A stretch of 64,000 bases of DNA, from contig CACYCT010000081.1 of the NCBI GenBank assembly GCA_902772965.1, forward strand, positions 3,076-67,075, written 5' to 3'. Positions within the stretch are counted from its first letter, which is position 1, and each line of letters begins with the position of its first letter. Source of the stretch: an uncultured Bacteroidales bacterium (lineage in GTDB: Bacteria; Bacteroidota; Bacteroidia; Bacteroidales; Muribaculaceae). A program made the translations under genes and the position numbers. The notes beneath the pieces are model-generated. The model made no database searches, had not been told where the DNA came from, and saw only the letters and a program-made list of their open reading frames with translations. This document shows positions 52,405 through 60,955 of this stretch, piece by piece.

Positions 52405-55233
52405 TTACTGTCCTGACGGCTTAAAATCTTTGCTTACCTGCACCACATCGACGCAACCGACGTATTTCAGTTTGTGGAAGAACTCTTGGAGTTGCAGTGC
52501 GGTTATGCTGTCGATGATGGCTTCGCGGTTGGTGGTGAGGTCGTAGCCGAGCGCGTTCTCGTGCATGGCGTTGAGCCAGTAGGTGTTCTGTTGCTGCTTG
52601 GCTTTGAGCATATTCTTGATGAAGATTCTCACTTCCTCGATGTTGGCAGCCACTCTGGCGAGTTCGATATCGGCAAGGGAATAGTCACGAATGAAGTTGA
52701 CGGTTTGGTATAGGGAGTCGAGGTGGTTGATATCGGCGAAGGTGTCGAATTGGATGGTTGTGAGATATTGTCCCGACGGAAAGAGGGTTGCGTTCGCGTC
52801 AACGCCATAAGTGGCCTGCATTTCCTCGCGCAGAACGTGATTGAGTTCGGCCGAGAGGAAGTTGTCGTAAAACTCCATCATCACGTGGTTGGTTTGATTG
52901 AAGGGCAGGTTTCCGTAGGTTGTGGAGGACATTCGCAATTTTCCTTCGGGCAGTGTGGTCACGGCGTAGTAGAGCGAATCTTGCGTGGTGGTGCACATGG
53001 GGTATTCAACCGGAATCGGTTGGCCGATGTCGGGTGTCGGCAGCGAGGCGATGTAGGTTTCAATCAACGGGCGGATTGAGTCTACGTTAAAACTTCCCAC
53101 GAAAGAGAACACATAGTCCTGCGGTCTGGCGATGAGTGTTTTGTAAAGGCTCAGCACTTGCTCAAAGTCGGTGTCGAATATTTCGTCGTGTTTTGGCCGG
53201 CGCATAAAAGGCGAGTTGTCGTAGAGTTGCTCGAAGATTATGTCGGTCAACTGTGTTTCGGGTTTGGCGTCGGCGACGAATCGGTTGTTGATCAGTTCGA
53301 TTTTATGTTTTTGATACGCGGCGGTGTCGGGGGCGATATCGGTGAAATAGAGGTGGCAGAGCTGGAACAGGGTTTCGAGTTCGGAGTTCCCCGTTCCGCC
53401 TTGAATGTTCCGGGAGTCCTCATTGACGGAGAACAGCGTCGAGGCCTGGTGCAGCCTGAGGTATTTGCCCACTTGAAGCGCGGTGTTTCCCCCGATTCGG
53501 CTATTTTCCACCACGTCGCTCATCAGTTGGAGCGCGACGGCTTGGGTGGTGTCGAAAGAGCAGAATCCTCCGGGTGCGGTTATGTCGACGAGTATCTCGT
53601 TGTCTTTCAGTGTGGTAGGCTTCAGGTGTACTTTAATTCCGTTGCTGAGGGTGAGTGTTGTGATTCCGCGTTGGTTGTCGGTTGTGGTTTTTGTGATTTT
53701 TCCGGGAGTGGGGAGGCTGGTGAGCAGTTGTTGCGGAACCGGCTGGTCGATGTACGGCTGAAGCGGCAGCGCTGAGATGGTGTCGATGCAAAGCAGGATG
53801 CTGTCGGTGGGCAGTTCGGGTTCGTCGGGAATGGTGATACGGGTGATGAAGAGGTTTTCGGGTTTGATTGACTTGGACAGCATCGCGTTCACTTCGCCGA
53901 GCGAGATCTGGTCGGTGAGTTGGAGGTCTGTTTCGCATTCCTTCACCACGCCCGGGATGTAACCTCCGTCCATGAAATGCCGGAAGTATTCGTCGGTGTA
54001 ATCTTTGGTGTCGTGTTTCTCCACCTCAGCGCTGTAGTTGTTGATGTTGCTCCGGTAAATTTGCTTGGCGTATTCGAGTTCCGAGGGGGTGAGTCCGTGT
54101 TTTTTCAGGCGGAACAGTTCGGCTGTGATGGATTGTGTGGTGTATTTTGCGAAAGTCGGATAGATTTCGGTGGCGATGTTGATCACGTCTTGTGTTCTTG
54201 ACGGCGCGAATTGTTCGGCGATGGCTTCAATGTTCAGTATCGGGCATTCAGGGCTTTCGATGATGTCGTTCAGGCGGGTGTCGACAGCGATGGCGAGCAG
54301 GTTTTTAACGGTTTCGTAGCGCACGAAATCCATGGTGTTGCGCTCGGCTTTGCTGAACTGATAGGGGAGTTTGATGCAGAAATTAAGGTGGGTTGAGTTC
54401 ACTTCGGGGTCGGAGAAATGAAACACTTCGGGTTTGTCCTGCCGTGGCAGTTGCAGCAGTGACTCGTTGAAGATTTCGGCCTTGCCGTGGTCGGGTTTGA
54501 GTTTCCCGAAAATCCTGATGATATTCTGTTCGATGATTTCCGGGTCGAAGTCACCGACGGCGATAACGGCGAGATTCTGCGGTTGGAACCAGCGTTGGTA
54601 GTACGCGCGGAGTTTTTCGGGTGTCGCCGCGGTGACCACCTCTTTAAGTCCGATGGGCGACCGCGTGGCGAATCGCGTGCCTCGGAAGGCTTGCCCGATT
54701 TGCTGATTGGCCAGTCGCTGATACGCGTAGTTGGAGTTGATTCGCTCCTGCTCAACGATGAGTTTCTGTTTTTCGACAGCGGCTTTGTCGATGCTCAGGT
54801 TGCAGGCCACATCCTGGAGGAAAAGCAGCACCGAGTCGAGCATGGCTTGGCGTTGCGTGGGGATGTTGGACACTTGTATCCTGATGTGGTCGTATCCGGT
54901 TTGGGCGTTGAAGAAGGCGCCGGAGTTGAGCCCGTTGTTCTGCAGGTAGTCTTCAAAGGCCGATTCGGGGAAGTTGCGTGTTCCGGCGAAGAAGATGTGT
55001 TCGAGCAGGTGCGCCAGTCCGCGTTCGTCTTCGTGCTCATTGACCGACCCTGCTCGGCACACGAGGTAGAAGTCGGCGCTTTGAGCCGGATTGATGGCGC
55101 GGCGGGCGTAGTATGTCATTCCGTTTTTCAGGGTTCCGTGGCGCAGTTCGGGGTCGATGGAGATTTGCTGCGCGGAGCAGGTGAGTGCCAGTGCCAAGAG
55201 CGCGAGCGTCGGCAGGATAGAGAGTGATTTCAT
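52405..55233 (-). CDS. M16-family (pitrilysin/insulinase-like) zinc metallopeptidase
   Basis: Signal peptide. Inverted zinc motif HxxEH (GLAHLLEHIFFAG). 942 aa, consistent with a tandem M16 active/inactive domain architecture. Confidence 0.9.
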   Translation of the reverse strand: MKSLSILPTLALLALALTCSAQQISIDPELRHGTLKNGMTYYARRAINPAQSADFYLVCRAGSVNEHEDERGLAHLLEHIFFAGTRNFPESAFEDYLQNNGLNSGAFFNAQTGYDHIRIQVSNIPTQRQAMLDSVLLFLQDVACNLSIDKAAVEKQKLIVEQERINSNYAYQRLANQQIGQAFRGTRFATRSPIGLKEVVTAATPEKLRAYYQRWFQPQNLAVIAVGDFDPEIIEQNIIRIFGKLKPDHGKAEIFNESLLQLPRQDKPEVFHFSDPEVNSTHLNFCIKLPYQFSKAERNTMDFVRYETVKNLLAIAVDTRLNDIIESPECPILNIEAIAEQFAPSRTQDVINIATEIYPTFAKYTTQSITAELFRLKKHGLTPSELEYAKQIYRSNINNYSAEVEKHDTKDYTDEYFRHFMDGGYIPGVVKECETDLQLTDQISLGEVNAMLSKSIKPENLFITRITIPDEPELPTDSILLCIDTISALPLQPYIDQPVPQQLLTSLPTPGKITKTTTDNQRGITTLTLSNGIKVHLKPTTLKDNEILVDITAPGGFCSFDTTQAVALQLMSDVVENSRIGGNTALQVGKYLRLHQASTLFSVNEDSRNIQGGTGNSELETLFQLCHLYFTDIAPDTAAYQKHKIELINNRFVADAKPETQLTDIIFEQLYDNSPFMRRPKHDEIFDTDFEQVLSLYKTLIARPQDYVFSFVGSFNVDSIRPLIETYIASLPTPDIGQPIPVEYPMCTTTQDSLYYAVTTLPEGKLRMSSTTYGNLPFNQTNHVMMEFYDNFLSAELNHVLREEMQATYGVDANATLFPSGQYLTTIQFDTFADINHLDSLYQTVNFIRDYSLADIELARVAANIEEVRIFIKNMLKAKQQQNTYWLNAMHENALGYDLTTNREAIIDSITALQLQEFFHKLKYVGCVDVVQVSKDFKPSGQ

Positions 55234-55261
55234 GGTTGTTTGTGAGTTATAGTAGTGGGAT

Positions 55262-55810
55262 TTAAGGGGTTACGATTCCGTTCATCATCGCATAGAATGT
55301 GAGGCCGGAAACCGATCTGATGCCGAGTTTGGCGGTGATGTTTTTGCGGTGGGTGAGAACGGTGTTGATACTGATGTTGAGTGTTTCGGCGATTTGTTTG
55401 TTGATGTGGCCGGAGGCGATGAGTCGCAACACGTCGATTTCCCGTCCGGAGAGTTGCGGCTTGGTTTGGTTTCCGTCGTTGTCGGCGTTGAGCAGGAGCG
55501 TGAGTTGTCTGGTGATTTTCGTCAGGGGCTGTGCGGTGTTGACGATGTTGAGTGAGTGGTCGGTGTTTTCGGGGGTGATGTGGTCGCAGACGATGGTCCG
55601 GTTCCGCCGTGGGAAAAAGTAGGCTTGTTGGGCGAGGTAAGTGTTGATGTCTGTGATCAGGAAAGCGAGGTGGCGGTCGGCGGCGGGGTGTTGGAGTTCG
55701 CTGATGTGCCCAATCAAGTGGCAAGTGATGTTGAGTTGCCGCTCGAGCAGTGATTTCAGCCCGAGTGCGGCAAGCGTGTTGTTCATCAGGATACCGACTT
55801 GCTGGTTCAT
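55262..55810 (-). CDS. LuxR/FixJ-type HTH transcriptional regulator with an atypical receiver-like N-terminal domain
   Basis: C-terminal LSGREIDVLRLIASGHINKQIAETLNISINTVLTHRKNITAKLG is a GerE/LuxR HTH. The N-terminus resembles a receiver but has NN where the acidic pair is expected. Confidence 0.8.
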   Translation of the reverse strand: MNQQVGILMNNTLAALGLKSLLERQLNITCHLIGHISELQHPAADRHLAFLITDINTYLAQQAYFFPRRNRTIVCDHITPENTDHSLNIVNTAQPLTKITRQLTLLLNADNDGNQTKPQLSGREIDVLRLIASGHINKQIAETLNISINTVLTHRKNITAKLGIRSVSGLTFYAMMNGIVTP

Positions 55811-55811
55811 C

Positions 55812-56504
55812 TCATGCGGGTTTATTGTTTAGCGCGTCGCGCATGGGTCGCAGGATACGGTTGCGGATACGGTTGTTCTGGCTGATGTCGTTTTTGAGGC
55901 TCACGATGGAGAGCAGTACGGCGAGTGCGAGGTTCTGGTCGTAGTCGCCTTGCAGATGGATCACGAACATGCTGATCAGGTCGTTGAGTTTGTCCTCAAC
56001 GCTGTCCTCGTCGGGTTCGTTGTGGTCGATGCGTGTGTCGGCCTGTATGGTGGTTTGCGCTTGGGCGGCAAGGAGTTCGGGGAAAAGGTTCTGACGGTCG
56101 TCTTCGATGCGTTGCAGCAGTTGCTGCTTCACTTCCTGAAAGAAGCGGTGCATCATGGCGAGGTTGTTGTTCGTTGACGGGCTTTTGGAGATGAGAAAGC
56201 CGAAGTGCCGTTCGATGTTGGGTAGTTGCAGGTGTTGGTAGTACTGGTTTGTCTTTTCGAGGTAGTCGACGATGGTCTGGGCGGAGAAGTTGGGCTGGAT
56301 GTGCGTGGGGAAATAGTCTTCGTTTAGAAATGCGTTGAGGATGGTGGCGAAGAAGTCGGGGTCGATGTTTTGGCGTTGGCTTGCCGTGGCAACGGTGAGG
56401 TCTCCCACGCCGAGGCGGATGCCGAACCGGTTGAGCACGGTCACCGAGGTCGGCGCGTGCTTGACGATGTCGGACAGGCGTGTGTTCTGGTTGATGATGT
56501 TCAT
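55812..56504 (-). CDS. Hypothetical protein, possibly ScdA-N/hemerythrin-like
   Basis: 230 aa. The N-terminus LSDIVKHAPTSVTVLNRFGIRLGVGDLTV resembles the DUF1858/ScdA N-terminal domain without cysteines. His/Glu-rich helices follow (QHLQLPNIERHF, MHRFFQEV, FVIHLQGDYD). Its stop lies 1 nt from the LuxR gene start. Confidence 0.6.
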   Translation of the reverse strand: MNIINQNTRLSDIVKHAPTSVTVLNRFGIRLGVGDLTVATASQRQNIDPDFFATILNAFLNEDYFPTHIQPNFSAQTIVDYLEKTNQYYQHLQLPNIERHFGFLISKSPSTNNNLAMMHRFFQEVKQQLLQRIEDDRQNLFPELLAAQAQTTIQADTRIDHNEPDEDSVEDKLNDLISMFVIHLQGDYDQNLALAVLLSIVSLKNDISQNNRIRNRILRPMRDALNNKPA

Positions 56505-56520
56505 ATGTCGGTGTGTGTGG

Positions 56521-57075
56521 TTATGTGCGCGAGAAGGTGGATTCCGGCGCTACGACCCGGTCGAGAGCGATGTCGTGCGGCTCGGTGGGCACGCGGTCCA
56601 CGATTTGGCAGTCGAGTGCCACTCCGATTTTGAGCGAAGACTGGCATCGGGCAAGCAGGTGGTCGTAAAATCCGCGTCCGCGTCCGAGGCGGTTGCAGCG
56701 GTTGTCGAATGCCACACCGGGCACGATGATGATGTCGGGCAGCCGGTCGTCGGCCTCGCCCACCGGTTCTTCCACTCCGAAGGCGTTGTCGCTGCTCAAG
56801 CGTCCGTCATAAGCCACAATCTCCAGGTCGTTTCCCGTCATTCGGGGCAGGAAGACTGTTTTCCCCTGTTTGTGCCACCGGTCAACGACTTCGTGCGTGG
56901 GCAGTTCGTCGGGCAGGGAGTAGTAGAGCAGGACGGATTGCGCGCGCTCAAACTCGGGCATGGATTCTATGGTTCGGAAAACGCGGGCGGCTTGCTCGTG
57001 TTTCTGGCCGTCGGTCAGTGCCGCTTTTTCCTGGCGCATACGGCGTCGCAGGGCTTTCTTTTCTTCGGTGTTCAT
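56521..57075 (-). CDS. 5-formyltetrahydrofolate cyclo-ligase
   Basis: Start set at MNTEEKKALRRRMRQEK, which overlaps the S41 gene stop (ATGA). C-terminal motif VPGVAFDNRCNRLGRGRGFYD. Confidence 0.85.
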   Translation of the reverse strand: MNTEEKKALRRRMRQEKAALTDGQKHEQAARVFRTIESMPEFERAQSVLLYYSLPDELPTHEVVDRWHKQGKTVFLPRMTGNDLEIVAYDGRLSSDNAFGVEEPVGEADDRLPDIIIVPGVAFDNRCNRLGRGRGFYDHLLARCQSSLKIGVALDCQIVDRVPTEPHDIALDRVVAPESTFSRT

Positions 57076-58700
57076 TTTGTGATCGGGAATGCGGCCTTGT
57101 GGCGGTTGAGCGCTTTCAGTGCCGTCTGGATTTCCTTGTCGTTCCGGTTGTAGATGGGGTAAAACGCCTTGTTGCCGAACAGGTCGCGGGCCACGAGGGC
57201 CTTGATGTTGGTCAGCAACAGGTCGCGCGAGCGGTTGATGTAGTACCACCGCGGCGTCACTCCCTGCGACGCGGCGTAGTCGACGAAACTCTGCAGCAGC
57301 CGGTCGTCGGGCGGCAGGGTGCGGAGGTATTGCTTGTAGTCTTTGAGTTTTCCCAGTCCGGAGCGGTTTCTGTCAACGTAGGTGAAAGCGTATTTCTGCA
57401 GCAGTCCGGCGTTGGCCACATCGATGTAGTAGGATGTGATGTCGGCGGTGTCGCGCGGAACGAAGATGTCGGGCACGATTCCGCCGCCGCCGTATACCGT
57501 ACGTCCGGTGATGCAGGTTTTATAGATTTTCGTCTGGTCGAGTTTCATACTGTCGCGGCTGTAGATCTCTCCGCTGAGGTATCTGTCGTAGAGTTCCTTC
57601 TCGTAACTGTACACCCCGTCGCGGTAGTCTTTCTGGATGCACCGGCCTGAGGGTGTGTAGTATCGGGCGATGGTGAGCCGGATCGCGCTGCTGTCGGGAA
57701 GCATGAACTCGTTTTGCACCAGTCCTTTGCCAAACGAGCGGCAGCCCACAATCAGTCCGCGGTCGTTGTCCTGAATCGCTCCGGCGAAAATCTCACTCGC
57801 GCTGGCCGAGAACTCGTCAATGAGCACGACCAACTCGTCGTTCATGAACTGCCCGTTGCCGTCGCTCCAGAATTGGGAGTCATCGCGCTTGTACTGTCCT
57901 TTTGTGAACACGATCAGTTGGTTGTCGGGCAGGAACTCGTTGGCCATCAGAATGGCCATTTCCATGTATCCGCCGCCGTTGCCGCGCAGGTCAATCACGT
58001 ATCGGCGCGCGCCGTCGTCGCGGAGTTGCGCCATGGAGGTGATGAACTCGTCGTAGGTAGTGCGGCCGAATTGGTTCACCTTGACGTAGCCGGTGGTCTT
58101 GTCGAGCATATATGCCGCGTCGATGGAGTTGACGGGTATATCGCCGCGCGTGATGGTGAACGGGAGCAGTTTCGGGGAGTTGGTGCGTTTGATTCCGAGG
58201 CGCACTTTGGTGTTTTTCTCGCCGCGAAGGCGCCGCATCACTTCATTGTTGGTCACCTTTGGGCCTACAAAGTCGGAATCGTTGATCTGCACAATCCGGT
58301 CGCCGGGCATGATTCCCACCTTCTCCGACGGTCCGCCGGAAATGACCTCGATCACGTTGACGGTGTCGTTGTTGATCATGAACGATATTCCGATTCCGCT
58401 GAACGAGCCGCTGAGTTCCTCCCGGGCGGCTTTGAGGTCGGCGGCGGTGAAATAGGTGGAGTGCGGATCCAGGTTGCCGAGCACTTCGGGAATCGACATC
58501 TCGATCAGGCTGTCGAGGTTCACCTTGTCGACATATTCGTTTGCCACAAGGTTGAGGATGTTGTTCAGTTTGCGGTCGTTGTCGGCGGCGTAGCGGCGAC
58601 TGGTGAAACGGTTGCCCATGAAAATTCCTATTACCACTGAAATGGCAATCGCCAGTGGTAACCACAGGTAGGGAGCGCGGTTGGTGGGCTTTTGGGTCAT
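57072..58700 (-). CDS. S41-family C-terminal processing peptidase
   Basis: N-terminal TM anchor, a PDZ-like part (GIMPGDRIVQIND), and a catalytic region (VVLIDEFSASASEIFAGA...FGKG). Confidence 0.9.
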   Translation of the reverse strand: MTQKPTNRAPYLWLPLAIAISVVIGIFMGNRFTSRRYAADNDRKLNNILNLVANEYVDKVNLDSLIEMSIPEVLGNLDPHSTYFTAADLKAAREELSGSFSGIGISFMINNDTVNVIEVISGGPSEKVGIMPGDRIVQINDSDFVGPKVTNNEVMRRLRGEKNTKVRLGIKRTNSPKLLPFTITRGDIPVNSIDAAYMLDKTTGYVKVNQFGRTTYDEFITSMAQLRDDGARRYVIDLRGNGGGYMEMAILMANEFLPDNQLIVFTKGQYKRDDSQFWSDGNGQFMNDELVVLIDEFSASASEIFAGAIQDNDRGLIVGCRSFGKGLVQNEFMLPDSSAIRLTIARYYTPSGRCIQKDYRDGVYSYEKELYDRYLSGEIYSRDSMKLDQTKIYKTCITGRTVYGGGGIVPDIFVPRDTADITSYYIDVANAGLLQKYAFTYVDRNRSGLGKLKDYKQYLRTLPPDDRLLQSFVDYAASQGVTPRWYYINRSRDLLLTNIKALVARDLFGNKAFYPIYNRNDKEIQTALKALNRHKAAFPITK

Positions 58701-58747
58701 CGGGGTGTGATGGAAGGAGAAAACAGGGTAGTGGGATATGTTGTGTT

Positions 58748-59203
58748 TTAAATCTCGGGTGCCTCAACGTGGGTTCCGTTAAGCGTTAACTGGATGCATT
58801 CAATACCGGCGCGCCGCAGCAGGTCAACACCGTCGGTGATGCGGTACAACTCTCCGAAAACCACACGCCTGATTCCCGACTGGATAATCAGTTTGGCGCA
58901 CTCGATGCAGGGCGATGTGGTCACGTACAACGTGGCGCCGCTGCTGCTGTTGTTGCTCTGCGCCACTTTTGTGATGGCGTTGGCCTCGGCATGAAGCACG
59001 TAGGCCTTGGTGTGGTCGTTGTCGTCTTCGCACACGTTCTCAAACCCTACCGGCGTGCCGTTGTACCCGTCGGAGATAATCATCTTGTCTTTCACTATCA
59101 GCGCACCCACTTTGCGGCGGATGCAGTAGGAGTTTTCAGCCCAGATTTGCGCCATTCGCAGGTAGCGCGAATCGAGAAGGATTTGCTTAGACGTGGCGTC
59201 CAT
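58748..59203 (-). CDS. dCMP deaminase (ComEB-like)
   Basis: Zinc motifs HAEANAI and PCIECAKLI. Start set at MDATSKQ (59203), downstream of the predicted -7 box. Confidence 0.9.
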   Translation of the reverse strand: MDATSKQILLDSRYLRMAQIWAENSYCIRRKVGALIVKDKMIISDGYNGTPVGFENVCEDDNDHTKAYVLHAEANAITKVAQSNNSSSGATLYVTTSPCIECAKLIIQSGIRRVVFGELYRITDGVDLLRRAGIECIQLTLNGTHVEAPEI

Positions 59204-59268
59204 TTGTTTAAGTTCTGAATAACAATTATTTACGACCGCACCCGGAGGCACTGTCGCTTTTGGGAGTA

Positions 59269-59276
59269 CAAAGGTA
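59269..59276 (-). promoter_or_regulatory. -7 box TACCTTTG upstream of the dCMP deaminase gene
   Basis: Matches TAnnTTTG on the minus strand, 66 nt upstream of the ATG at 59203. Confidence 0.45.
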
Positions 59277-59378
59277 GTGCAAAAAATCGTAACAACCTTA
59301 ACCCCGGCAGAAAAAAACTGCTCTGAAATGTTTTGTGTGGGTAAGCCTGCAATATTTTCTGCGAATCAGCGCCGGAGA

Positions 59379-59464
59379 GTTCCACGTGTTCCATCTGTTC
59401 CAACGTTCCATCTGTTCCAACGTTCCATGTGTTCCACTTGTTCCATGTGTTCCGCTTGTTCCGG
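59379..59464 (+). repeat. Array 1: 10 tandem 8-9-bp units with a GTTCC core
   Basis: Units: gttccacgt gttccatct gttccaac gttccatct gttccaac gttccatgt gttccactt gttccatgt gttccgctt gttccgg. Spacings are 9,9,8,9,8,9,9,9,9. Confidence 0.95.
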
Positions 59465-59578
59465 ACTACGATTTCATCTGTGAGATACTATCAATTTACA
59501 GTTAATGCCGGAATGGCACCTCTACCCGCCGTATCATGCGATGATTCCATATTCCCGTGACCTGAGGGCGACATCTTT

Positions 59579-59638
59579 GGAACATCCGGAACACGCGGAA
59601 CAAGTGGAACAACGGAACAGCGGAACAGGCGGAACACG
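59579..59638 (-). repeat. Array 2: 7 tandem units, inverted relative to array 1 (GGAAC on the plus strand)
   Basis: Units: ggaacatcc ggaacacgc ggaacaagt ggaacaac ggaacagc ggaacaggc ggaacacgc. A 114-bp spacer separates it from array 1. An isolated GTTCC lies at 59694-59698. Confidence 0.95.
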
Positions 59639-59767
59639 CATGGGGTGTGATTTGTAACCGACTGGTATTCAAATGCGTGTGACGCGTCTGCGTGTTCCGC
59701 CCGCTTTGTGACACACCTGTGTGTACCCGACTTTAAATTGATATGGACAGGCATCGGTCCACCGACG

Positions 59768-59775
59768 TAATTTTG
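59768..59775 (+). promoter_or_regulatory. -7 box TAATTTTG upstream of the cassette ATPase gene
   Basis: Matches TAnnTTTG, 58 nt upstream of the ATG at 59833 and 130 nt downstream of array 2. Confidence 0.45.
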
Positions 59776-59832
59776 CAGCGTCGAGACACACACGCCTTGA
59801 CTTTCGTTAACCTTAACCTTTAATCCAATCAC

Positions 59833-60828
59833 ATGATGAACAACCAACAAAATCAAGCCCTTGCCTCAGCAGGGACTCAGGGCGGCGGCATTTCAGCAGC
59901 CGACTACCTCGCCCGCATGAAACAGAAAGAGATCCACACCTCAGGCTCGATGATCATGACGGTGAACGACACGCTTCGCGTCGCACGTCGCAAACCGCAG
60001 GCCGAAGACCTCTGGAACGGTATGGTGTTTGAGCGAGAGTGCACCGTGATCTTCAGCGACTCGAACGTGGGTAAGTCCATCTTGGCCGTTCAAATCGGTG
60101 TGAGCATCGCCAAAAGCGGGCGTAACGTGCTCTACATGGACTACGAGATGAGCGACCTCCAGTTCGCGGCACGATACACCAACCCCTACAACAAGCAGTT
60201 CTACCACTTCCCCGACAACTTCTTCCGTGCCGAGCAGCATGCCGATGCCCTGCAGGTTGACCCTATCGAGAACATCAAGGAATGTATCGGAGCGGTGGCG
60301 GCCGATGTCGTGATTATCGACAACATCACCTGGCTGGCCAACGAAACCGAGAGCGGAGACGTTGCCGGACGACTGATGATGGAACTGATCCAACTCAAGC
60401 GCAAGGCCGGACTGACCCTGATCATCATCGCCCACACGCCTAAACGCCCACTCGGGCAGATTCTCACGCAGAACGACCTCGGCGGATCCAAGAAAATCAT
60501 GAACTTTGTCGACTGCGCCATAGGGCTGGCCAAGTGCGTGTTCAAACCCGAGATGCGGTACCTCAAAAACATCAAGAACCGTTCGGCATCAATCGTCTAC
60601 GGTAGCAACCACGTCTGGCTTTGCGAACTGGTCACTACCGAGAACTTCTGCCACTTCGCATTCACCGGTACGGCCGACGAGTTGCAGGTGCTCAAACCGT
60701 ATGACGCCAAGCGCGAGCAACTTGAGGCCGATGTCAAGCGTATGCACAATCAGGGACACACGCAACGTTTCATAGCGCAGCAGCTCGGCGTCGGACTCGC
60801 GACCGTAAACCGCATTCTGAACGGATAA
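59833..60828 (+). CDS. RecA/DnaB-like (AAA_25/RepA-type) P-loop ATPase with a C-terminal helix-turn-helix
   Basis: Walker A FSDSNVGKS and Walker B VVIIDNITW. The pattern LTLIIIAHTPK is typical of RepA/AAA_25 proteins (from memory). The last ~30 aa, GHTQRFIAQQLGVGLATVNRILNG, look like a resolvase/sigma-region-4-type HTH. Confidence 0.8.
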   Translation: MMNNQQNQALASAGTQGGGISAADYLARMKQKEIHTSGSMIMTVNDTLRVARRKPQAEDLWNGMVFERECTVIFSDSNVGKSILAVQIGVSIAKSGRNVLYMDYEMSDLQFAARYTNPYNKQFYHFPDNFFRAEQHADALQVDPIENIKECIGAVAADVVIIDNITWLANETESGDVAGRLMMELIQLKRKAGLTLIIIAHTPKRPLGQILTQNDLGGSKKIMNFVDCAIGLAKCVFKPEMRYLKNIKNRSASIVYGSNHVWLCELVTTENFCHFAFTGTADELQVLKPYDAKREQLEADVKRMHNQGHTQRFIAQQLGVGLATVNRILNG

Positions 60829-60834
60829 CCGCCT

Positions 60835-60918
60835 GTTCCGCTGTTCCAATGTTCAGTCTGTTCCGGGTGTTCCGCGTGTTCCAAAGTTCCGCGTGTTCCA
60901 TCTTTCCGGGGTTGGAAC
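60835..60918 (+). repeat. Array 3: 8 GTTCC-core units (one degenerate) plus one inverted unit, filling the ORF1-ORF2 intergenic gap
   Basis: Units: gttccgct gttccaat gttcagtct gttccgggt gttccgcgt gttccaaa gttccgcgt gttccatct, then tttcc and an inverted ggaac (60914-60918). It starts 6 nt after the ORF1 stop and ends 38 nt before the ORF2 ATG. Confidence 0.9.
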
Positions 60919-60955
60919 ACGCCGAACGCCCGGAAACCATAAAACACCAATAACC

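Noticed and set aside
55230-55724. A 164-aa Pro/His/Arg-rich ORF overlapping the LuxR-type gene in another frame.
   Set aside because: Extreme low-complexity composition. The LuxR frame has a clear HTH motif.
59277-59856. ORFs 59277-59483 (+), 59491-59856 (-) and 59502-59714 (-), plus 60750-61057 (-) and 61559-61916 (-), which read through the GTTCC arrays.
   Set aside because: Their peptides are just translations of the short repeats (VPRVPSVP, CSTCSMCSACS, and so on). They have no start context or motifs, so the DNA-level repeat is the real signal.
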